From Narcine bancroftii (taxonomy: Eukaryota), in assembly GCF_036971445.1 (NCBI RefSeq), contig NC_091474.1, forward strand, positions 90,582,001 through 90,646,000: a stretch of DNA of 64,000 nt. Reading direction: 5' to 3'. The notes beneath the pieces are model-generated. The model saw only the letters and a program-made list of their open reading frames with translations. It did no database searches and was not told where the DNA came from. Position 1 is the first letter of the stretch, and each line of letters starts with the position of its first letter. The translations under genes were made by a program, and so were the position numbers. This document shows, piece by piece, positions 38,291 through 49,155 of the stretch.

Positions 38291-38931
38291 GCCGTTCCTA
38301 TCACTGGTGCTCTTCCCTCAATTCGAACACATCACCAGCACAAACGTTGATCTATATAAGCGCTTTGTCCTTGAAACTGAAACGTTGTTGGCACGGAGTG
38401 CTGGTGGAACTGTTTCCCAGAGCAAACAGTCATGTATTTGTTTACAGGGAGATTTAAAAGCATTAATGGAATGTCAGGGGAACAGAGGTTTGGTGTGGCC
38501 ATTGGGATTTGTATCCTCCCCAAGAGTGAAACTCTGTATTGTGACAATTGAAGGCCGGTACAGGTTTTCTCCAAAATTAATCATCCAAATTTAAATAATT
38601 ATACATTGAATGTCGCTTTAACTATCGTCCTTACCCTAAGTTCACAAAGAATCAAAGGCAGGAACTTATTACCAAAGTTGTGCCATGCGATGTACATTTG
38701 ATTTATTGCCAAATCAAACCGATTATCTCACAAGTGCAGTGTCGATATCGTCGGCGCATTCTAATATATTTTATTAGTCTCAATAAATTGCAGATTTCTT
38801 TTTGTCGTTTAAGACCGTTCCTCCCTTCAGCTATAATGCTGTCCCAGATCAGGGAGACGCTCAACTGACTTGACCGTATTTCTTCTACCAGGAAGCCCTT
38901 AAATCCCCTGCCTTCACTGTTGATTCACACC

Positions 38932-40082
38932 TCAGTTGTGAGATGTCATGTGTCGCGATAGATGATGGCGCTCTCGAAAAAATTCGTTACAGATCGGGCA
39001 GGTCAACTTTTCCTCCCTCCGTCGCTTGTTCAGGTGGCCAGTCGCGTACTCTTTCTTGTGATGGGACCTCATGTGAAACACCAGGTCTGAAGTCATTCGA
39101 AAAGACGCGTTGCATTTCGCGCACCAGTTCTGAGCTGAAACCCCGAGGGAAGTATATGATGGTGGAAGCAGAGTCAGGGTCGACGTTGACTGGAGCTGAA
39201 CTGGTTTGGGCCACATGTCAGCGCTGTACAAAAGGGGACCGTTGGTTGTAACACTTGCGTGTAAAATGTGAGAATTGCCGAGATCCGTGCTGAGAGATTT
39301 GGAGCCGAGGAGATTAGAGGGGCCCAGGAGGTGGCTTGCAGCGATAGAATCGGGCAGATCCCCGGAGCTTTCAGCTGCGGCGTGGAGTGCATGCGGCAGA
39401 AGCAGTGGGGGGCCTTCCCCGTTCCGCCTGCCCGGCTGACAGAACGCACTCCTCCGCTCCTCCATGCGTGCAGAAGGCAACACCGAGGAGAAGGCGCTGC
39501 GAGTGGAGCTGAGAACCACCTCTGTCCCTGCGCCCACCTTCCTGATCAGGTCAGAGGTACCGTCTTTAGCATTGCCCTCTGACTTATCTCCCTTGGCCTT
39601 CTCACGCGGTCGGCGAACCTCAGTAAATGCGCTTGTTTTATGTTCCGACGAATCCTTCTTCAATAAATACTTACCAGAGTTAAGTTTCCAGACGGAAACT
39701 GCGAGCGCCGGGAAGACACTTGAGTCATCTTTAGACAATGCGCCCAAGTTATTTGTTTTCTCCAAGAGGACCGCTTTCCTACTTCTGTTCTCCCCTGCGC
39801 CGTCTTGTTTTCGCTTGTTGGACGGCCTCCCCTCCTCCTGCCCCGCCGGCTTCTTCCTGGAATGCTCCAAATCGTGGGCGATTCTGTGAAAGTTGGTAAC
39901 TCTGCCCTTCTCTTTCCCCTCGGTGTCCTTGGGCGGGTCTTTATAAAGGACATCGTGACCAAAACCAAGGGCTCGGAAATCTCGCCCGAGATCATCCTTT
40001 CTCTTCCCGCATAAGAATCGAACGTGGGCCAAATATGGATTCTCATTCTTCAGCTCTTGTCCACAGTCTGCGCATCTGAAGG
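38932..40082 (-). CDS. ZNF488: ZNF488 (PRDM8 paralog), last coding exon with three zinc fingers
   Basis: Acceptor ttaccgtAG|CC (phase 1); CADCGQ..YLAHVRFLC; KSAFTEV/SAFS/SAFCQP-type motifs; C-terminal AQNWCAKCNASFRMTSDLVFHMRSHH..KRRREEKLTCPICNEFFRERHHLSRHMTSHN characteristic of PRDM8/ZNF488; TGA at 38934-38932. Tail-to-tail position next to RBP3 indicates ZNF488. Confidence 0.92.
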
Positions 40083-40546
40083 CTACGGTAAATAATAACA
40101 CATCATTAACATCTCTCTCTCTCTCTGAAATACATCACTGCAATAATATCGACCTAAATTCTATTTTTTAAGACTACAAGATCAGGGAAAGCCACTTTGT
40201 GCTCACTTAGAACACCGTAAAAATCCCAGCGGCCAAATTTCGCAAAGCAAGATCCCACACAGCCCTGAGGAAAGGGGTAAGTACTGGTACGTGGTTAATC
40301 ATGCCTGTTGAATTCAGATGTTCAGCACGGTAACTGGCCCTTTCGGCTCACGAGCCCAGTTGCACCCAATCAACCCACAACCCTGCACGTTTTGGAGGAA
40401 ACCGGTGCACCCGAGAAACACGGGAAGAATATATACAAACTCCTCGCTGACAGGGCGGGAGGTCCCGGGACGCTGGCACTGTCGTTGGGCTAACCGCTCA
40501 GCTAACCTTGCCGCTCTGAATGAACATTTTCAGGAAGAAGACGCTC

Positions 40547-41974
40547 TTTAAATAAAAATCCCATCACTTTGTTTTAAATGGGGAGCTCAGATTTAAAAGC
40601 CTCAATTCGCAGGGCTGTCTAAGCAGTGCGCTAAACCCTTCACCAAGTTTCTCGAGGTGTGACACGACCTTTCAGGTGAAATGATCAATTCATTCAGTGG
40701 TCTTGGATCCCGCCCAATAAAATAAGAGGTCGCTTTCCCCACACAGCTCTTCACCAGTTCTACTGTCAAAAGCACGCAGTTCAATCAAAACTGGCTGCTC
40801 TCACAATATCTGTTTAGTTGGTACATTTAAGACCCACGCATTTATTACACTGGATGGTTTTTTAAAAAAAATATAACCGTGGACACCAGTTCAAATAAGA
40901 AATGTGCAAAAAAACACACACATAAAGAAATTCAAGCACGTTTCAAGGGCTAAACGACTTATGGATTTCGTTCTAACCCTTTGCCTGCCAACGCGCATTA
41001 ATAATAGCGCGGTGGCACGTTTCAAACAGGGCTTGAATCGTCTTGCAGTGACACAGAGGTCGGGAGAAAGAGAGCAATTAGAAAACCAAGGCCTCAGGAT
41101 AATCAGATTTTCCATGTTTAAGAGTGTGAACCTATCGTTCTAATTTATAACCAAAAAGTCGCATGAGATAAACCGATACGAAAGATGAAAATAAAAACAC
41201 AATCCTGGCCAAGCAGCATCCCTTATATAGCAAAGATAAAGATACCTAGAGAGCGCTTCGGGCTTCTGCCCTTCATTTATCACCTCTTGAAATATTGTGA
41301 CTCGGTTGACGCCAGTTGTTGATGGTGATCTCTTCTAAACTTCCTCACCGTGCCCTTCAACCCAAATGTCAATCCATCGGACACCGTGAAGCATGACCCT
41401 TCTCACATGGCTTTCACTGGCTCATCAATGATTTTTGTTCACCATGCAGTGAAATCTGTGCTGCAATTTGCCAGATCGCCTTTTTCCATCTGACATTAAT
41501 TCAAAATGACGGGCTGTGTCTATAATTTTTTACTCTTATTGTGTAATTCTAAAGACTTTTGTCTACATATATATATAATCAAAAAGCAAAATTTATTTAA
41601 AAATATCCCATTAGGTCTACGACCGGACAACAATTAATATGTTCACAGTTATATTTAAAAAATCCATCCAGTGTAATAAATGCGTGGGTCTTAAATGTAC
41701 CAACTGAACAGATATTGTGAGAGCAGCCAGTTTTGATTGAACTGCGTGCTTTTGACAGTAGAACTGGCGAAGAGCTGTGTGGGGAAAGCGGCCTCTTATT
41801 TTATTGGGCGGGATCCAAGACCACTGAGTGAATTGATCATTTCACCTGAAAGGTCGTGTCACACCTCGAGAAACTTGGTGAAGGGTTTAGCGCACTGCTT
41901 AGACAACCCCGCGAATTGGGGCTTTTAAATCTGAGCTCCCCATTTAAAACAAAGTGATGGGATTTTTATTTAAA
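40547..41974. repeat. Long inverted repeat: arms 40547-40885 and 41640-41974, spacer ~750 bp
   Basis: Arms are near-perfect reverse complements; the ORF track shows the same pseudo-peptide on opposite strands (40602-40784 and 41737-41928). Confidence 0.95.
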
Positions 41975-42133
41975 TCCTATTTATCTTTTTCATTTTGAGT
42001 TCCTACTTTATGGCAAATTCATTTAAACAAGCGGCCAGTATTCGCTTTTAACAGAACTCAAGACCACATTCCAGCCGGTGGCGGTGAAGCGCGCAACCCT
42101 TCTGGAGTTTTGGGAGGCGCCAAGGTTACTCAC

Positions 42134-42365
42134 TGTTCGAGGCCCTCCGAGTTTTGATGTCGGTGAAGCCGAGGAGTGTGGACAGCTCCTCGTCATACCA
42201 CACGAAGAGTTCCTCGTCCTTCCTAATCCTCCGCGTGGAGCGGTAGTATAATTGCCCGCTCTTCAAGTGCGCTTCCAGGTTCTGCTCCTTCGAGTTGTTG
42301 GCCGCTTGCACCAGCCGCAACCAGGACAAGCCATCCGTGGAGCTACTCACTGCAGTTGTATCCAC
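42134..42365 (-). CDS. ZNF488: ZNF488 second coding exon, PR/SET domain C-terminal half
   Basis: cccgcccAG|GTG GAT (VDT..GLSWLRLVQAA..EQNLEAH..GQLYYRSTRRIRKDEELFVWY) AAC A|gtgagt; 232 bp. Confidence 0.92.
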
Positions 42366-42503
42366 CTGGGCGGGAGACAACGTTGCATCAAACTCTTGAA
42401 TAACTCATGCACATGTTTTGACCCAGATTTCATGAAGGTGTGAATATCCTTCCAATTGTTTCTGGCACTGTTCTGGTCTCCAATCCAATCTTCAAGGAAA
42501 ACT

Positions 42504-42701
42504 AAAAACACCATCTTGGAGAAACTCAGTTGGTCAAACAGTGTCCTTTATGTTGCAAAGTTAAAGAAACGTAACCAACGTTTCGGGCCGTTGATTATGT
42601 ATCTTTATCTCTGCTCTATAAAGGACACTGTTTGACCAGCTGGGTTGATCCAGCGTTGTGTTCTTACTTCAACCACGGTGTCTGCAGACTTTCGTGTTTT
42701 A
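42504..42701. mobile_element. Head-to-head Penelope-like tail pair forming a hairpin, with 14-bp flanking direct repeat
   Basis: TGGTCAAACAGTGTCCTTTAT (from 42531) versus ATAAAGGACACTGTTTGACCA (from 42618); flanks cttcaaggaaaact (42490-42503) and cttcaagggaaact (42702-42715). Confidence 0.7.
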
Positions 42702-42897
42702 CTTCAAGGGAAACTTACGGCTTCAAACATACTTTCTAAGTTTCGAGTTTATCGACATGGTAAATATTTTTTTTAAAAAACCGTATGTTTTGGAGAAACT
42801 TTTAAATCGTCTCCTTTAATGTTTGACGCTTCATAGGCAATTAGCGCCCAACATGAAACTTTGAAACGGGTGTGGGCTTAGTTTAAAGGGCTCTTAC

Positions 42898-43113
42898 CCG
42901 GAAGACGTAGGGCACACTTCTTCGATCTGAAGATTTCAAGGCAATGAAAGCGATTGTGTCGTAAAAGGTGTTCTGCAGGATGCAGGGACCGAAGACTGCA
43001 TCTTCAGGGATCTCGCGGGTAATATGCACGCTTGTTAATATGTCCGTGAAGTGGTGATGCAGGAATTTATTGTCACCTGTCCATAGTCCCTTAGAAAAAG
43101 GGGTAAATTCCAT
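42898..43113 (-). CDS. ZNF488: ZNF488 first coding exon, PR/SET domain N-terminal half
   Basis: MEFTPFSKGLWTGD..TDILTSV..IPEDAVFGPC..YDTIAFIALKSSDRRSVPYVFR|gtaaga aligns to the PRDM8 N-terminus. An acceptor cgcAG at 43122-43121 implies an upstream non-coding exon. Joined CDS is 1599 bp = 532 aa. Confidence 0.92.
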
Positions 43114-46100
43114 AATTCACCTGCGACATACAAAATAAAAGAGGATAATTCCTTGAATTTCCTGGTGCTTGTGAGATTATACTCGTTTTTGAGCTATTTG
43201 TATGGTGGAATTTAGGCAATATCAATTCACCTTGTCATTAGAACGATTCAGCCCCATATCCTTAAGTTTAATTTTGCCGCAGGCGATTTTTTTAAACCAC
43301 AGGCCCGTACACAACTCATAGCCTGTAAAACCGTCAGAATGGTGCACGTTTCATTCTTGACCCAGAAGCAACACGAATTCAGGGCTCAAGCCCGAAACCC
43401 CGGTGATGCATTTTTACCGTTGCAACATAAAAGGGCAGTGTGGGACCTGCAGAGCTTCCCCGGCGTTTAGTGTTTTTTTACTTCAAGTTAGGACTTCAGG
43501 TTAAATCCGAGTTCCCCACTCTCTTGGAAACGCGAAGCCCTGTTGCTTGTTGCGTTGGCGCGTTTGCTATTCCGCCCTGATCTAAATGGATCTGCTCCTC
43601 GCCCTCCATCAATCACCTCGTCCCAACGTTCATCAGAAGTTAATCTGGTACAAATCCACTTTTTAAAATGGGTTCAAGTTGTGGGCTGCAGAAGAATAAG
43701 CCCTGACACCGAAAATGGAGTCTCGTACAAATGATCTCTTGCTTTGAACATCGAAATGTAAAATTTTAAATAGAGCTAAATCCTGATGCCAACGTTTATT
43801 GTATCCGTTCAGTTATTGGCGTTAAGATAATAAAATGAGTTAATTTCGGATATTGGAATAAGTCACGAGACTATGATTACCTCGACATGATAAATATTAA
43901 ATTCAATTGAAAATTATTCCGCCGCGGTGCAAGCATCTTGCAAACCCGTAAACTTCAGCGTTGGGTTGCAATTGTTGAGCGTACCTTGTACTTCCGACAA
44001 TACTAAGATAGGCAACTCGCCGCAGTGGACGCATAATAAAGTTATCAATCATTTTCCCTTCTTGTTACTGTAATCGTAGTCTATATGATTTTACCTAATC
44101 TACCTTGGAATTGATGCCATTATGGACTTCAGGCGAAGCGATGTTGATCATTGGTGACAATTCTGAGCCACTCTTTTATTAGATGGAGCGTTTGAGAAAT
44201 CTTTTTTTTAATTGGGGCAGACCTGTATTGTATGGAGCCAAGGCGTAAATTAATGCGGAAACGAATGAACCGAGAGTTCGTGTTAGACGACTACCTCCTC
44301 CATGGCATTCATCAAGGCTAGGGGCAGAGATGAGTAAAGATATCAAATTAAACAATGACAGTAGGCAGGCAATTCTGTTCACCAGTGTTGCCTGGTCCCT
44401 TGGTCCTCGGTTCGGTTAGAAGCTAACGGACTGTGGCATAACGTTCTTTCCACTCTCGTCAATATCAAGCAGATCTATTCAACTCGATCCGCCCCTCGGC
44501 TCTCTCGGTTCGGTGTGGGGGAAAAAACTTCTCGGCTCTCACTGAGTCAAGTGACACTTGGAAGCATGATACCGTATTTTACTCTTCATTCAATCCTCTG
44601 CTCTCCCCCGAGCTTCACAATACCAAGTGACACGCGTGCAAAATCAATTTGACGCGAGGATACCAACATCCACATAATTATATAAATATACATGTTTTTT
44701 TTCGTGTCCTTCGGAGAATACTTCAAACTGTTGGAAGCAAACGAAGCCTAAACATTTTGCCTTGAGTAACTGCTGTCCTCGACGCCGATTGCAGAGATGT
44801 AGAACTTCATTGCGAAGTTGCTACGCTGTTAGATTGTGGGGTTGCTTTCAACGTTCAAGCCGTGTCGTGGAGGACGGCATGGTGTAGGGCGAATTCACGG
44901 TGATCTGATTGAAACTGGCGCATCGACTGGTCTAAAGGCTCACAGAAGTATAACGATGGGAATGAATGTATTTCTCTCTCCCCCCCCCCCTCTCTCTCTA
45001 TGTAAACCTTCACTCTCTCTGTCTGCCCCCTCTCTCCATTCCCCCTCCCCTCCCCTTCCATTGTGCTTGAGACGAAAGTGAGTGGATTGTTCATTTGATG
45101 CATATCGGCTCACTGAGACTGCTCTCCATTGTCTGTCCATCTGTCTGCCTGTTAGTTCCGGCCTTTCTTTTCCACCCTCACCCATCACTGTGCAAAACTG
45201 CCACTTTGCGCGTATTCAGCGACAGCCATTAGTTGCAGGTCGAAATGTTTTCAGGAATTAAAAAAAAAATAAATATTAAAAAAATACATTCGTAACAGTT
45301 GCCCATTTCAATTTTATAGTCAAGATCAGTGCAGCGCCTAATCCTGCCTGAATAATCGCGATTTAACTCTACACTGAATTATTAAACCGATCTGATTAAA
45401 CAAGCCAGCGTCTAAAAGCTTGCTGATAGAAGCATCGTACACGTGTTAGTTTGCTGTCATTAAAACTAAATTCGCTTGTTCTTAAATTAAAATGTGACTG
45501 TGCATCACCCTAAATCCGCAACATGCCCTCCGATAAATATATCCGCAGACAAGAAGGCATCTACAGACGGTCACAAGCCAGGTTCTCATTTACCAATGCC
45601 AGCCGATTATCCTTTGCGATCGATATCCCTTTCCGGAGGCTTCTTGAGGTGCAGCGATTTCGATTGATCCCTGAAAGTGAGAGTGACGCCGGTGAGCGCT
45701 GCGTGGAAATGACAGTTTGCCCCGCTGGAAAAGACACTTTCCTTTGCAACATCATTTGTTCAGTGAACCGTGCCAAGCAATCCCTGGGCTCTTCCGCTTG
45801 CATTCACCCTCAATTGGCGCTTTCATTGGTGGTTTATATGGAGCAACCCTATTAATGAAATCATGGAACCCAACAATTGCCGTGCACTATAACAATATTC
45901 AATCGCTTTCTGCGCCCTATTTTCTACAATACATGGAATCTGTGCAGTTTATAACGGCTAAGTGTTGCAATATCTATTTGAGTCGCTTAAATCACCTGAT
46001 CAGATGTTATATTTATGGCAAATCCTTACCTTGGCTTGAGCGAAATAAATTTATGACTAAACAATGCTAGCGATCGCTTGTCGGGAATAATGACTAAATA

Positions 46101-46339
46101 ATATTTGAAGAAAAATAAACTCTTTGCTGTATAAAGTGCACTAAAACGTTACATTTTAAATCAGTCTGGGATCATCTTATTCCTGTTTTTGGTCCACACC
46201 TTCCGAATTTCTTAGTTTTTAGTCGAATATTGATATTATTTCTATTTTCTACTCGGCATTTTATTTAATTTTTAAACTATTAATCAATGAAAGAGACGCG
46301 CCACTGACCTTTAACAGTTGTTGAATGGGAAAGTTAGCA

Positions 46340-46830
46340 AGACTTTCAGCGGCTGTACTTTATGAGGTGTTTGCGTGCCACCAAAGACTCTCATAAACGA
46401 CTACAGGTGTGCCGTGGGGAGCCTTCTGGCTGGCGGCATCCCTGCCTGGTACAGCTCAGGACAAGCATAAATTCCAGAGTTAACTCGGCCTGCGACATCA
46501 CAGGCACCAGACTTCCCTCCATCGAGGACATCGACATGAGGCGGCGTGTTCAATGAAAGCAGCCTCTCTCCTCAAAGACCCCCACCACCCAGGCCGTGCC
46601 CTCTTCACTCTGCTCCCATCGGGGAAAAGGTCGAGGAGTCTCAAGACAAGCTCTCAATGGCACAAGGACAGCGTCTTCCCCGCTGCCATCAGATTCCTGA
46701 ATGATCAACGAACCACAGACAGACACTGCCTCACTTTTCGCCTGCTATTATTATTTATAATATGAATGTTTACACTGTGATACCGCAAAAACGCCGTCTT
46801 ATTGACAATAAATTCTGATTCTGAACCTAA
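46340..46830 (+). mobile_element. Rex1/Babar-like LINE 3-prime end
   Basis: SACDITGTRLPSIEDI..KAASLLKDPHHPGRALFTLLPSGKRSRSLKT..KDSVFPAAIRFLN and aataaattctgattctga tail. Confidence 0.8.
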
Positions 46831-47973
46831 TTCTGAGATCACCATACTCGTCATTAAATTTAAAGAGAGCGACCATGAAGTTTATTCCGATCCCTGGTTC
46901 TTTTATAGGAAATATGATAATATCGGACAAAACTGAGTCCAGTCTTATTAAATGTATTTTATTACAGGAGATCGTTTTGGAGTCAGCTGGGTACACTCAA
47001 CATCGTCTGCTGCTCTAATAATTAAACGCAGCTATTTGCTACGACATTTTAAAAATAAACCCTAATTCACTCAATCTTCGTCGAAATGTTTGATATTTAG
47101 AAGTTCTTTCGATTCAGGACATTTCTTTTTTTAAAAAAAACCATTCGTGGTACACCAACTATACCCCGGCAAGGTCATTACATTGGTATTTTTGGGGGAA
47201 AACATTACCTTCAACAAATTCAGCTATATATAGTCGCAAGTAATTGAGACCATTCTCCCTCAAACGGGCCAAAGCCAAGGAAAGTTTGTGACCAACTTTA
47301 TGAGCAGTGTCATTTAGCACAAAAATCCCCCGGGAAGATGCCGCATCAATTATAGGACACTATCCCAAACAGCCTTTCATATAATAAGACGTGACGTAAA
47401 TTCCCTTCTTGGTCCTTTCGGAATGATTTGCAAAAATGCTATTGTGTATTTTTCAACTCACCTAGAAATAAATTGACATCAACTGTTTAGCGAATCGAGT
47501 AACTTCGAACATTCGTTGCATTTTTTTCTTTAAAATGATCTTTAATCTTTAGCCACTATGAATATATACATTCTTAGATCTTTCGCTGAATTGGTTATTT
47601 AACATTGCATGATAAACTAAACTGGTTGTATTAAAATAGTAAATAGCTACTCTGTGACAGACAGCTCCTCGTCCATTGTCCAACTCATTCCATATAAAAG
47701 TCATCTGCGATATGCTGGAGAAAAAAAAAAGCCTCTATAATGGCGAAATATCTTGTCACAATCAAATACGCCAACAGTTCAAAGAGCAACATCACTTTTG
47801 AAAGATGTCGTTCCAAATAAAGGAGTGTCAACGCCTGACAGAAAATTCCTATGAACATCTTGACATCTGAAATAATCAGCACTTTTGATTAACGTTTATG
47901 GGGTGGCTGCACTCCTCCGCTGCAAGAACGCCTGCTTATATGACCAGAAACATCTCGTGTTGCGAGCTGCTTT

Positions 47974-48447
47974 TACTCGAGATGGCAGAGGCCCACATGC
48001 TGCTGAAGATCCAAATGCGCTGGGTAGGTCACTTCTCCAGAATGGAGGACCATCGCCTTCCCAAGATCGTGTTATATGGCGAGCTCTCCACTGGCCACCG
48101 AGACAGAGGTGCACCAAAGAAGAGGTACAAGGACTGCTTAAAGAAATCTCTTGGTGCCTGCCACATTGACCACCGCCAGTGAGCTGATATCGCCTCCAAC
48201 TGTGCATCTTGGCGCCTCACAGTTCGGCGGGCAGCAACCTCCTTTGAAGAAGACCGCAGAGCCCACCTCACTGACAAAAGACAAAGGAGGAAAAACCCAA
48301 CACCCAAACCCCAACCAACCAATTTTCCGCTGCAACTGTATCTGCCTGTCCCGCATTGGACTTGTCAGCCACAAAAGAGCCTGCAGCTGACGTGGACAGT
48401 ACCCCTCCATTAATCTTCATCCGCGAAGGCAAGCCAAAGAAGAAGAA
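47974..48447 (+). mobile_element. RTE-clade LINE 3-prime fragment
   Basis: LLKIQMRWVGHFSRMEDHRLPKIVLYGELSTGHRDRGAPKKRYKDCLKKSL; (gaa)n tail; premature stop at 48180-48182. Confidence 0.88.
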
Positions 48448-49155
48448 AACATCCAGTTTGGCAACAGCAAAGTAAACCAGATCATCAGTAGGACGGAGTT
48501 TCAACGCACTGATCCTACTATTGAGGGTCCTAATTAAGATGAATGAGCAGAAGGCTTCTTAACAAAATATTACATTTTTTAAGTTCAGTGACTCGATTCA
48601 CGATTTGATTTTCAAATTTGTGTCGGCCAGTGTGATTTTATATACACATTCCACAGCCACTTTCCCTTCAGTAAGATCGCTGCCACTATTTTGTGACCAC
48701 CGTGAATTGTTTGCGTCTGTATTTTTTTTAAATAAAGAATTGCCATAAAACACACCAAGTGCTGAAAATATTCCCTGCCTCTTGTTCATTTCTGTTCCCA
48801 TGAAAGTTCTGATTAAGTGGACTGGGCAGTGTGCATTGAAAACTTTCCAACTACTCCGATGCCCCCTTAATGGCAACTAATTGACAAATTTACTCATGAT
48901 TGAATGTGGGGAAAATGTGATTTGGATAACCACATTTTGTAAAAAGAAGCGAATGTATCAACAAATTGCATGTTGGGAATCAAAGTAAGACAATAAATGG
49001 ACATGTCATTATTCAATGCACAGTTGCTGTGATGTTTCAAATTTGGTGTCAACATTACAAGTGATTCAAAAGTAACACTTCATTTACAATTCTGCTGTTA
49101 TAAACGATTTATATCATTCAGTCATCACGAGGTATCATATAAAATGGCTGCTCTC

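Noticed and set aside
40602-41928. Two nearly identical 60-aa ORFs on opposite strands as a duplicated small gene
   Set aside because: They start at TTG, show no known motif and simply reflect the inverted repeat arms
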